NCBI GenBank assembly: GCA_964491265.1 | Contig: CAZBFP010000021.1 | Coordinates: 406-64,405, forward strand | DNA: 64,000 nucleotides | Direction: 5' to 3' | Origin: an uncultured Leptospirales bacterium | Lineage (GTDB): Bacteria; Spirochaetota; UBA4802; UBA5550 | Shown here: positions 1-8,266 of the stretch, piece after piece | How the letters are laid out: each line of letters starts with the position of its first letter | How positions within the stretch are numbered: position 1 is the stretch's first letter | The notes under the pieces: generated by a model | What the model was told of the DNA's origin: nothing | Databases searched by the model: none | Seen by the model: the letters and a program-made list of their open reading frames with translations, nothing else | Program-made: the position numbers and the translations under genes

Positions 1-1
1 T

Positions 2-1402
2 TCCAACTACATTGAAGCCGATGATGAAAGTATCAACTATGCCAAACTTTCCGATACTGTTATCACTCGGGAACTTAAAGATGATGCCATTAAAACAAAG
101 GGCTATTTCATTTACCCGAGCCAGCTTTTTGAGAATATTGCTGCCACAGCTAACACAAATGAAAGCCTCAACACCGATTTGGCTGCAATATTTTCTTCTA
201 TTGAGAGTTCAGCTAACGGCTATCCGTCCGAACACGATATTAAAGGCCTCTTTGCCGATTTTGATACCACCAGCAACCGGCTTGGCAATACCGTTAAAGA
301 TAAAAACAGCCGTCTGGCGTCAGTGCTTAAAGGTGTGGCGGGCTTAAAATTCGGCAAGTTCGATGAAAACCACATAGACCTTTTTGGCGATGCTTACGAA
401 TATCTCATTTCCAACTATGCCGCCAATGCGGGGAAATCAGGGGGTGAATTTTTCACTCCGCAACATGTTTCCAAACTCATTGCGCAGCTTGCCATGCACA
501 AGCTGAAATCGGTCAATAAGATCTATGACCCTGCCTGCGGTTCCGGTTCCCTGCTCCTGCAGGCGAAAAAGCACTTTGACAACCATATCATTGAAGACGG
601 ATTCTTTGGGCAGGAGATCAATCACACCACCTACAACCTTGCCCGTATGAATATGTTCCTACATAACATTAACTACGATAAGTTTAATATTGCCCTGGGC
701 AATACGCTCATAGACCCCCATTACGGGGATGAAAAACCCTTTGATGCCATTGTTTCTAACCCGCCCTATTCGGTGACCTGGATTGGAAACGATGACCCCA
801 CGCTGATTAACGATGAACGCTTTGCCCCTGCCGGCGTACTTGCTCCCAAGTCAAAAGCGGATTTTGCATTTGTGCTCCACGCTTTGAGCTATCTTTCGAG
901 TAAAGGCCGGGCTGCAATTGTCTGCTTCCCCGGTATCTTTTATCGTGGGGGTGCTGAACAGAAAATCCGTAAATATCTTATAGATAATAACTTTGTTGAA
1001 ACTGTAATCTCTTTAGCTCCCAATCTTTTTTACGGCACTTCCATTGCCGTTAATATTCTGGTGCTTTCCAAACACAAAACCGACAACAAAACCCAGTTTA
1101 TCGATGCCAGTGCACTCTTTAAAAAAGAGACCAATAACAACATCCTCACAGATGACCATATTGCCCGGATTATGGAGGTATTTGACAATAAAGCAGATGC
1201 TGACTATTTCGCAAAATGTGTGAATAATGACGCCATCGCTCAAAACGATTATAACCTCTCCGTAAGCTCCTATGTGGTAGCCAAAGACACCCGTGAGATT
1301 ATTGATATTACCGAACTGAATGAAGAGATTAAAACCACCGTGGCAAAGATTGACCGGCTCCGGGCGGAAATTGATTCAATAATTGCGGAGATTGAAGCAT
1401 GA
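2..1402 (+). CDS. hsdM: Type I restriction-modification DNA methyltransferase subunit M; 5' end outside window
   Basis: The frame of the listed 179..1402 ORF stays open back to nt 2 ([10 protein letters not shown]...[14 protein letters not shown], HsdM N-terminal domain). It has AdoMet motif [12 protein letters not shown] and catalytic motif SNPPYS. The stop overlaps the next start (ATGA at 1399-1402). Confidence 0.9.
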   Translation, partial: SNYIEADDESINYAKLSDTVITRELKDDAIKTKGYFIYPSQLFENIAATANTNESLNTDLAAIFSSIESSANGYPSEHDIKGLFADFDTTSNRLGNTVKDKNSRLASVLKGVAGLKFGKFDENHIDLFGDAYEYLISNYAANAGKSGGEFFTPQHVSKLIAQLAMHKLKSVNKIYDPACGSGSLLLQAKKHFDNHIIEDGFFGQEINHTTYNLARMNMFLHNINYDKFNIALGNTLIDPHYGDEKPFDAIVSNPPYSVTWIGNDDPTLINDERFAPAGVLAPKSKADFAFVLHALSYLSSKGRAAIVCFPGIFYRGGAEQKIRKYLIDNNFVETVISLAPNLFYGTSIAVNILVLSKHKTDNKTQFIDASALFKKETNNNILTDDHIARIMEVFDNKADADYFAKCVNNDAIAQNDYNLSVSSYVVAKDTREIIDITELNEEIKTTVAKIDRLRAEIDSIIAEIEA

Positions 1403-2460
1403 GTAAAAAGAAAAGACCAGTACCCACAATTCGTTCATCCGCCGCAGAGTATCTGACCTTTATTTCAGCCAGTGGAGAAGGCGGTGTTGAAGCTGTATAT
1501 GCCGATGAAGACGTATGGCTCAGTCAGAAGATGATGGGGGTTCTCTATGACATAGAGACCCATACTGTCAACTACCATCTGAAGAAAATATTCTCAGACA
1601 GTGAGCTGGAAGAGGCTTCAGTTATTCGAAATTTTCGAATAACTGCCGCTGACGGTAAAAGCTACAACACTAATCATTATAATCTTTCTGCTATTATCGC
1701 TGTCGGTTACAAGGTAAACTCCGAGCGTGCGGTACAGTTCCGGAAATGGGCAACAGGCATTATCAAAGAATACACAATCAAGGCGTATGTCATGGATGAT
1801 GAACGCCTTAAAAATGACGGTTCGATTCTTAACAAAAAATACTTCGAAGAACAGCTTGAGCGTATCCGGGAAATACGGCTATCCGAGCGCAAGTTTTATC
1901 AGAAGATTACCGACATCTATGCAACATCTATTGACTACGATGTGACAGCTGAGGCTACCAAACGCTTCTTTGCCGCTGTGCAGAACAAACTGCACTGGGC
2001 AATTCACGGGCAGACCGCCGCAGAAGTTGTCTACAACCGGGCTGATGCCGAAAAAACCAATATGGGGTTGACATCATGGAAAGACGCACCCAATGGCAAG
2101 ATTCAAAGATTTGATGTCAACATTGCAAAAAATTATCTCACCGAAAATGAAATGGCCGGATTACAAAGACTGGTCAATGCCTATCTGGATATTGCCGAAG
2201 ATATGGCACAGAGACAGATCCCCATGACAATGGCAGACTGGGAAGAGCGGCTTAACCGTTTTATTGCGGCTACAGACCGGGAAATATTACAGGACGCAGG
2301 TAAAGTCACCGCCGAAATCGCTAAAGCACATGCGATCAGTGAATTTGAAAAATACCGCATTGTACAGGACCGCCTGTACGAATCCGATTTTGATAAGCAG
2401 ATAAAGATACTGGAAAGCCCTGAAAATAAACTAAACAGACGCGAGGGCGATGATGAGTAA
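1399..2460 (+). CDS. RhuM-family protein, a frequent passenger gene inside type I R-M operons
   Basis: The N-terminal block [11 protein letters not shown]...[13 protein letters not shown]...[11 protein letters not shown]...[28 protein letters not shown] matches my memory of the RhuM family consensus. It is translationally coupled to hsdM. Confidence 0.7.
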   Translation: MSKKKRPVPTIRSSAAEYLTFISASGEGGVEAVYADEDVWLSQKMMGVLYDIETHTVNYHLKKIFSDSELEEASVIRNFRITAADGKSYNTNHYNLSAIIAVGYKVNSERAVQFRKWATGIIKEYTIKAYVMDDERLKNDGSILNKKYFEEQLERIREIRLSERKFYQKITDIYATSIDYDVTAEATKRFFAAVQNKLHWAIHGQTAAEVVYNRADAEKTNMGLTSWKDAPNGKIQRFDVNIAKNYLTENEMAGLQRLVNAYLDIAEDMAQRQIPMTMADWEERLNRFIAATDREILQDAGKVTAEIAKAHAISEFEKYRIVQDRLYESDFDKQIKILESPENKLNRREGDDE

Positions 2461-2515
2461 GAAGAATTTTATGGAGAGGCTACTTGCTGGGGTGGCGGTT
2501 ATCTGGAAGTGGTGA
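2450..2515 (+). pseudogene. hsdS: 21-codon stub resembling the N-terminus of a type I specificity subunit (hsdS remnant)
   Basis: ATG at 2450 overlaps the rhuM end and gives [21 protein letters not shown]-stop. HsdS proteins typically begin MSKK.F.E.LL.G.EVEWK.LGE. The frame stops at TGA 2513-2515, where hsdR-like sequence starts. Confidence 0.45.
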
Positions 2516-3363
2516 AAGAATTAAAAGAACGGTTCCCCAAGCCCGATGAAATCGTTAAAGAAAAGGATAAAAGAGACTTCGCTAAACTCTTTGGTGAATA
2601 CCTGCGTGTCGAAAACATTCTGCAGAACTACGATGAGTTTGCCGGCCTTAAAGCCCTGCAGAATGTCGATATGTCCGACCCGACAGCTGTTGAAGAGTTT
2701 AAAGCTGTTCACTATCTTAGCGACGCCGATATAGAAGCAATGCAGAAAGTACCTGTACCGGCTGACCGTACGATACAGGACTATCGTTCAACCTATAACG
2801 ATATCCGTGACTGGATACGCCGTGAACAAACAGGCCAGGAAAAAGAATCCTCCACCATTGACTGGGGCGATATTCTCTTTGAAGTAGATCTTCTGAAATC
2901 ACAGGAGATTAACCTGGACTATATTCTTGAACTGATTTTTGAAAACAGTAAAAAGGTAAAAGATAAAGCGTCATTGGTAGAAGAAGTACGACGTTTAATC
3001 CGTGCCAGCATTGGGAACCGCGCGAAAGAGAGCCTAGTGGTGGATTTTATCAACCAGACTAACCTGGACAGCATTCTCGATAAAGCCAGCATCATCGATG
3101 CCTTTTTCGCCTTCGCCCAGGCAGAACAGCGTCGTGAAGCAGAAGAATTAATCAGTTCAGAAAACCTCAATGAAGATGCGGCAAAACGGTATATCCTTGC
3201 ATCATTGAAGCGGGAATACGCCAGCGAAAACGGCACCGAACTTAATGCCATCCTCCCGAAAATGAGCCCGCTCAATCCGCAATATTTAACTATAAAGCAA
3301 AACATCTTTCGAAAAATCGCCGCTTTTGTAGAGAAGTTTAAAGGCGTTGGGGGAACGGTTTAA
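2509..3363 (+). pseudogene. hsdR: C-terminal ~280-aa fragment of a type I restriction endonuclease subunit R (helicase/nuclease part missing)
   Basis: The ORF begins with GTG and has no upstream in-frame extension (TAA at 2458-2460). The sequence [21 protein letters not shown]...[18 protein letters not shown]... resembles the C-terminal helical domain of EcoR124-type HsdR. Full HsdR is about 1000 aa. Confidence 0.65.
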
Positions 3364-3596
3364 TTCTTTGGTGTAAAATGCAGGGATTCTTCCTTTCCAG
3401 ATTAGCATATTCCTGATTATCATCAGCAGCATATGAGTTTTTATCATCTCTGGAGATTAAATATTATTTTTGTTCCAGGAAAAAGCTCTTGATAAAAAAC
3501 AGTACATGATTTTTTAAGCAATTGTGCTGCTGTGGAGAATTTTTCGTATTCGGACCCTGATCATGGAGGTTTCGGGGAAACCGTAGTGAGGTTAAA

Positions 3597-3995
3597 ATGG
3601 TTTATAGTCATGAAGTAAGACAATTTGACGCTAAATTGAAAAAGATTTTCGATCTTATTGACGATTATCTTGAAAACAATTACGGCACTAAATATCAGTT
3701 GCATCCAAACAGGCCAAGGCGGGGTGAAACAGCAAATAAAGCCAGCGATGGGCTTTTTAATGTGGGAGCCAGTTTTAGTGCCGGTTACGGATCAGTGTAT
3801 GGGAGGGGTTATGTTGTGGATGTTCATATCGCAACTCTTGATAATATTCCGGAAACTGTTCAAAAACAGATCGAAAAAGAAATTGCTGATTTATTGAAAA
3901 AAATTATTCCCGAACATTTTCCGGGCCAGGATATTAAGATTAATCGGGACGGAAGAATTCTGAAAATACACGGAGAATTAATCCTTCAAAAATAA
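3597..3995 (+). CDS. Hypothetical protein (132 aa), no family recognised
   Basis: Intact ORF preceded by GTGAGG about 8 nt upstream of the ATG. No motif recognised. Confidence 0.45.
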   Translation: MVYSHEVRQFDAKLKKIFDLIDDYLENNYGTKYQLHPNRPRRGETANKASDGLFNVGASFSAGYGSVYGRGYVVDVHIATLDNIPETVQKQIEKEIADLLKKIIPEHFPGQDIKINRDGRILKIHGELILQK

Positions 3996-4382
3996 TTATA
4001 ACTATCATTAAAAGCTAAGACACAAAGGAATAGATGCGCCCGAAATCAACACAGATGAAGGGATTTTTCTTAATCAGCAGTTGCTGGATAATGGGCTGGC
4101 TATCAAGGCATAATTACACATAAATTTTTTTCAGCTCTGTCTAACATCAATAATCCCGTTTATCGTTGAAGGGGCCGGCCTCCTACAGGATTCTGGTTTA
4201 CCTGGGATATTCAAGGGGAATGTTTGGTGAGGTAGGGTGGTTTTTGGTATGGGGGAAGTCCTTCCACGCGACTGGAGCGGGCGAAGGGGTGCGCTAAATT
4301 AATATTGACATAAGCAATGAAATAATATATCAGATTTAACTATACAAAAATTAATTGTTGAGTAAATATAAAGAGGCGAAAA

Positions 4383-5558
4383 ATGCAATTAAACGTTTTT
4401 TTAAAACAGATATATGATATAACTAAATATCATGAAAATATAGCAAATATCACAGGAGAAAATTTCAATATATTTAGAATACTTGGACTATCAACTGATG
4501 AATTAAGCCATACATCATTTATTGCTTCACTCTTAAATCCTAAAGGAAGTCATGGCCGAGGGGAAGCATTTCTTGTATTATTTTTAGAAGAAGTTAATAT
4601 TCAAGACTTTAAAGTATTGAATGCGAAGCTTGAGAAAGAAAAAAATATCGGGCCAATTGACAGAGAATATCAAAATGGCGGTCAAATTGACATACTAATA
4701 ACAGATAATTCAAATAACCAAATTATTATTGAGAATAAAATATATGCAAAAGATCAAAAAAACCAACTCCTACGATATAGTAATTATAATAAAAAAGCAA
4801 AAATATTTTACTTAACTTTAGATGGAACCGATGCCAGTCCTTATAGTTTAGGCAGCTTAGGGTCAGAAAGTTATATAAGGATATCTTATAGTGAAACAAT
4901 TCTAAAATGGTTAGAAAAATGCAGAAAAGAATCGGCCAGTTTCCCTTTACTGCGGGAAACTATTTCGCAATACATTTTTTTACTAAAAAAAATAACCCAA
5001 CAAGCAAGGAGTCAGGAAATGGGAAATGATATAATTGGTACTATAATGAGCGATATAAAGAATATTGAATCAGCATTCTCAATAGCGAAGAATATGAAAA
5101 AGCTAAAAAAACAGATTATTATTACTAAATTATTACCTTCACTCAAGGAAATGGCAGAAAGAAATGAATTAGAATTTTCCTTAATTAATGATAATTATTT
5201 TGAAGCAAATTGGGGTTTTGATTTCAAAAAAGAAGAATGGAAGAATTATAAATTACGATTTAAATTTTTAGCTGCTGGTTTCAAAAATTTTATTTATGGC
5301 TTTAATAGTGATAATGACGTTTTAAAAATACATGATACACTGAAAGTGATTTCTGATACTGAATGGAAGGTGGGTATACAGACACGCGCATATAAATCTT
5401 TGGGAAATTATAGAGATTGGGATGACAAAGTTTTTATAATTTTATCTTCAGATAGATCAGAAAAAGAAAATGATTTAATAGAAATTATAGAAATAAAAAT
5501 TAAAGAATTATTAGCGTTAACTGAAAGATTTAAAGATGAAAAAGGATTAACATTATAG
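4383..5558 (+). CDS. PD-(D/E)XK nuclease superfamily protein (391 aa)
   Basis: Core GGQIDILITDNSNNQIIIENKIYAKDQKNQLLRY gives D...E-x-K. The N-terminal FRILGLSTDELSHTSFIASLLNPKGSHGRGEAFL block is typical of stand-alone PDDEXK proteins. RBS AAAGAGG lies upstream. The segment is extremely AT-rich (10 G/C in nt 4381-4440). Confidence 0.65.
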   Translation: MQLNVFLKQIYDITKYHENIANITGENFNIFRILGLSTDELSHTSFIASLLNPKGSHGRGEAFLVLFLEEVNIQDFKVLNAKLEKEKNIGPIDREYQNGGQIDILITDNSNNQIIIENKIYAKDQKNQLLRYSNYNKKAKIFYLTLDGTDASPYSLGSLGSESYIRISYSETILKWLEKCRKESASFPLLRETISQYIFLLKKITQQARSQEMGNDIIGTIMSDIKNIESAFSIAKNMKKLKKQIIITKLLPSLKEMAERNELEFSLINDNYFEANWGFDFKKEEWKNYKLRFKFLAAGFKNFIYGFNSDNDVLKIHDTLKVISDTEWKVGIQTRAYKSLGNYRDWDDKVFIILSSDRSEKENDLIEIIEIKIKELLALTERFKDEKGLTL

Positions 5559-5598
5559 TTCTAACTACTACTGCTGCCAAAGAAAATAGTATTTAAGA

Positions 5599-6312
5599 TT
5601 AGACCGGAGTATCCACAAGAAAATGCTTTATTACAGATTTTATAGTTTCAAGAGGTGCTCTGTTTTGATATATTTCTGATACTTTGTAAATAGTCTCCAT
5701 TAAACTGCCAATTATTGAAAAATTCGGGGGTATTTTTTTAGCAATATCTTTTAACATTTCAACAGTAAAACGAAACAGATTCTCTTTTGCCAGCAGCTGG
5801 AGATAGGCTAGTCTGGATTCAAAACCGGGAGGATCTATTTTGATAATTAAACTGTTACCTTCCCTTAACAGTCCATGGTTGCCAAGTGTCATATTCAGTG
5901 GAGAATCACATGATGAAACAACAACCTGCTTACTTAAATGCTGAAGATGGGAAATTATATGCAATAATTCTTGTTGAGTTTCAGGTTTATCCTTTAAATA
6001 ATCCAGATCATCAATCAGGAGAATATCGGTATTACGGTATTTTACTTTAAATTCATTTTGTTTATTCATTTGTATAGAAGAAATAAACTCCTCAACTAAT
6101 ATGTTCACCGGTACATACTTTATGTCCATATCCGGCATGGTATTATATAAATGATTTTTTATAGCTTTTAAAAGATGACTTTTCCCAAGTCCGGATTTCC
6201 CATATAGAAAAAACGGATTAGAATTTCTCCTCGGAGGAGATGCTATTTCTTTGGCAATTGCATAAGCCAGTTTATTCTCGGGACATATAAAAAAATTTTC
6301 AAATGACTGCAT
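5599..6312 (-). CDS. DnaA-domain-III-only AAA+ ATPase (Hda-like architecture)
   Basis: FENFFICPENKLAYAIA, Walker A GKSGLGKSHLL, Walker B ILLIDDLDYL, TQQELLHIISHL and KQVVVSSCDSP are colinear with DnaA domain III. There is no domain I/II and no domain IV. Confidence 0.75.
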   Translation of the reverse strand: MQSFENFFICPENKLAYAIAKEIASPPRRNSNPFFLYGKSGLGKSHLLKAIKNHLYNTMPDMDIKYVPVNILVEEFISSIQMNKQNEFKVKYRNTDILLIDDLDYLKDKPETQQELLHIISHLQHLSKQVVVSSCDSPLNMTLGNHGLLREGNSLIIKIDPPGFESRLAYLQLLAKENLFRFTVEMLKDIAKKIPPNFSIIGSLMETIYKVSEIYQNRAPLETIKSVIKHFLVDTPV

Positions 6313-6335
6313 AATAATTCAACCTCATTATTAAA

Positions 6336-6836
6336 TCACAGATGTATGGTTAAAAAATTAATCATAATCCTGGCACATGCCAGGGCATCGGATAATGCAT
6401 TATGGTGTTCAAGTTCGATGCCGTAATGGAGACAGACTTTATCGAGAGAATTGCTTTTAAGTTTCAGCCTGTTTCTGGAGAGCTGTAATGAACATTTATA
6501 TTCTGCCCCGGGTATCTTAAGACCGTAGTGACTGCAGCATGTATCCATTACTGAGCGGTCAAAAGATGCGTTGTGAGCAGCGATAAAATCAGTTTTTTTA
6601 AAATATTTCTGAATATCTGGCCAGATATCATTGAAGGCTGGTTTGTCTTTTACATCTCTCCAGGTTATTCCATGAACACCTGTATAAACAAAATAATTCT
6701 CCGGAGGTTTTATCAGAGCATAGAATTGATCAGTGATAACAAAATTTTCTACAGAGACAATACTCAAGGCGCATGCGCTGTTCCTATTATTATTTGCAGT
6801 TTCAAAATCAAGGGCAATAAACCGGTTATTTTTCAA
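6336..6836 (-). CDS. DEDDh 3'-5' exonuclease, DnaQ/epsilon-like, stand-alone (166 aa)
   Basis: ExoI IALDFETAN, ExoII IAAHNASFDRSV, ExoIII HHNALSDALACARI. Confidence 0.85.
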   Translation of the reverse strand: MKNNRFIALDFETANNNRNSACALSIVSVENFVITDQFYALIKPPENYFVYTGVHGITWRDVKDKPAFNDIWPDIQKYFKKTDFIAAHNASFDRSVMDTCCSHYGLKIPGAEYKCSLQLSRNRLKLKSNSLDKVCLHYGIELEHHNALSDALACARIMINFLTIHL

Positions 6837-6860
6837 TTCTTATCTCCATAAATTAATACT

Positions 6861-7484
6861 TTATTCACCTATATTTCTCAGGAATAGAGGGTTCTTTATG
6901 AAACCCCATTTATTCCCTATACAGACAAGGGCTTTTCTGTTCCTGAAACTGAAGGCATTGTCAAAAACCGGATCTATAATCATTTCACCTTTTTTATCAA
7001 TAAAGCCGCTTTTCCAGTTAACAGATACTGCTGCCAGTCCTTCGGAGAAAGCTTGTGCATGGAGATATTGCGGCTTAATAACTATATTACCTTCTCCATC
7101 AGCAAAACCAAACATTTTTATTTCTGATATTATTTCATGTTTATTGATAATAACTGTTTCCCAATCTTTTACTGCAAACATTGTCAGTCCATCACTGAAG
7201 TCATCGGGGAATTCATCAAATTGCGGCTTAATTATCATTAAGCCCTGCCGGTTAATAAAGCCCCATTTATAATTATGAAGTACACATGCTAAACCTTCTG
7301 AAAAATCAAGAGCCGCATCAAATTGTGCATCTATTGCAATGTTTAATTCCTGATCAATATAACCCCACTTACCTTCAATGCGGAAAGATGCAAGCCCCTC
7401 ATGAAAATCGTCAATATGATCATACAGGGGCTCCATTACCCAGGAAACATTTTTGAATAATGATTTTTTTTGTCTATTTCTCAT
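6861..7484 (-). CDS. WG-repeat (KWG) containing protein, no signal peptide
   Basis: Repeated F.EGLA...KWGYID / YKWGFINRQG / WKSGFIDKKG / NKWGFIKN units. Confidence 0.8.
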   Translation of the reverse strand: MRNRQKKSLFKNVSWVMEPLYDHIDDFHEGLASFRIEGKWGYIDQELNIAIDAQFDAALDFSEGLACVLHNYKWGFINRQGLMIIKPQFDEFPDDFSDGLTMFAVKDWETVIINKHEIISEIKMFGFADGEGNIVIKPQYLHAQAFSEGLAAVSVNWKSGFIDKKGEMIIDPVFDNAFSFRNRKALVCIGNKWGFIKNPLFLRNIGE

Positions 7485-7529
7485 AATAAAATTAATAATA
7501 TGATAGTGATCTTCAAACTCACAGCATTG

Positions 7530-7781
7530 TTATAATGCTGGTGCATGCTTTCCCTTGTTTGAACCGTCCGGATGCCTTGAACAGGAGCTGGCAGTTAAAC
7601 TTGATATGCTAGAAAATTTAGTCCCGCAATACTTACAGAAATATTGAGGTTTCTCTCCACCTTCATAAAGCTTATGTTTACCTTTGTTTGAACCAGCGGG
7701 ATGCCTTGGACACGAACTTGCCGTTAAGCTTGAAATGCTTGATGCTTTATTCCCGCAATACTCACATATAAAATTTGCCAT
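7530..7781 (-). CDS. 83-aa protein made of two tandem Cys/His-rich repeats (putative Zn-binding)
   Basis: The two units are CEYCGNKASSISSLTASSCPRHPAGSNKGKH and CKYCGTKFSSISSLTASSCSRHPDGSNKGKH. It starts 8 nt downstream of the preceding gene's stop codon. Confidence 0.6.
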   Translation of the reverse strand: MANFICEYCGNKASSISSLTASSCPRHPAGSNKGKHKLYEGGEKPQYFCKYCGTKFSSISSLTASSCSRHPDGSNKGKHAPAL

Positions 7782-7789
7782 AATATCTC

Positions 7790-8083
7790 CTATATTCTTT
7801 TAATTTTGCTGCGTTGATTCTTCTCATGAAGTTCACGTAATGTATGATCTTCAAAAGTCCATAAGCTGAACAAATCTGATTCTTCATTAAAATCTTTACC
7901 CATGAGAACTCTTGTTGCACTTTTGATACTTCTTAATACACCGGATTCCCATTGAATTAAAGTACCTCCATTACCAGGGACTCCAGCACCTGAGCCTACT
8001 TTATATTCTACTTGAGCAGGTTCAAAAATAATAGTATCACCTATCTTTATACCAATTGTTCCGAAATCAATTTTATCATTCAT
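7790..8083 (-). CDS. Hypothetical 97-aa protein, first gene of the cassette; faint resemblance to DUF4357-type C-terminal modules
   Basis: Intact ORF. The SIKSATRVLMGK...LWTFEDHTLRELHE segment loosely recalls the S.SAAA.VVLG...W...TL.EL pattern. This is from memory only. Confidence 0.4.
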   Translation of the reverse strand: MNDKIDFGTIGIKIGDTIIFEPAQVEYKVGSGAGVPGNGGTLIQWESGVLRSIKSATRVLMGKDFNEESDLFSLWTFEDHTLRELHEKNQRSKIKRI

Positions 8084-8169
8084 AACCCGGACCCTTATTT
8101 TAAATTAAATTGCTGTATTGATAAGATGTAGTATTTAATTACCCTCCTGAATGATGAATAAAATTGTAC

Positions 8170-8186
8170 TTGTTATTTAATAACAA
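8170..8186. promoter_or_regulatory. Perfect 7-3-7 palindrome TTGTTAT-TTA-ATAACAA in the divergent promoter region; candidate operator
   Basis: Read directly in the 183-nt spacer between the cassette (start 8083) and the WYL gene (start 8267). Confidence 0.25.
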
Positions 8187-8266
8187 AGACACTATAGACT
8201 ATAAGCTTTATAAAAGATAGGAAATGATGTCCTACCTTAATTCATTCTTTAAGGATAAATAATTAT

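Noticed and set aside
12-347. 111-aa plus-strand ORF at the window start
   Set aside because: It overlaps the hsdM reading frame, which is open from nt 2 and carries the HsdM N-terminal domain. It is an out-of-frame shadow ORF.
4033-4113. 26-codon frame DAPEINTDEGIFLNQQLLDNGLAIKA-stop, reminiscent of a thermonuclease (SNase-like) segment
   Set aside because: It is too short and generic, lacks a start codon and catalytic residues, and cannot be distinguished from chance by eye.
4273-4289. TGGAGCGGGCGAAGGGG resembles the reverse complement of a tRNA 3' end (CCA + acceptor + T-stem); possible att-site remnant of an integrated island
   Set aside because: Only about 16 nt match the generic pattern, and the following bases do not form a T-loop. 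I found no second copy at the other island edge, and no integrase is present. It is too short to support.
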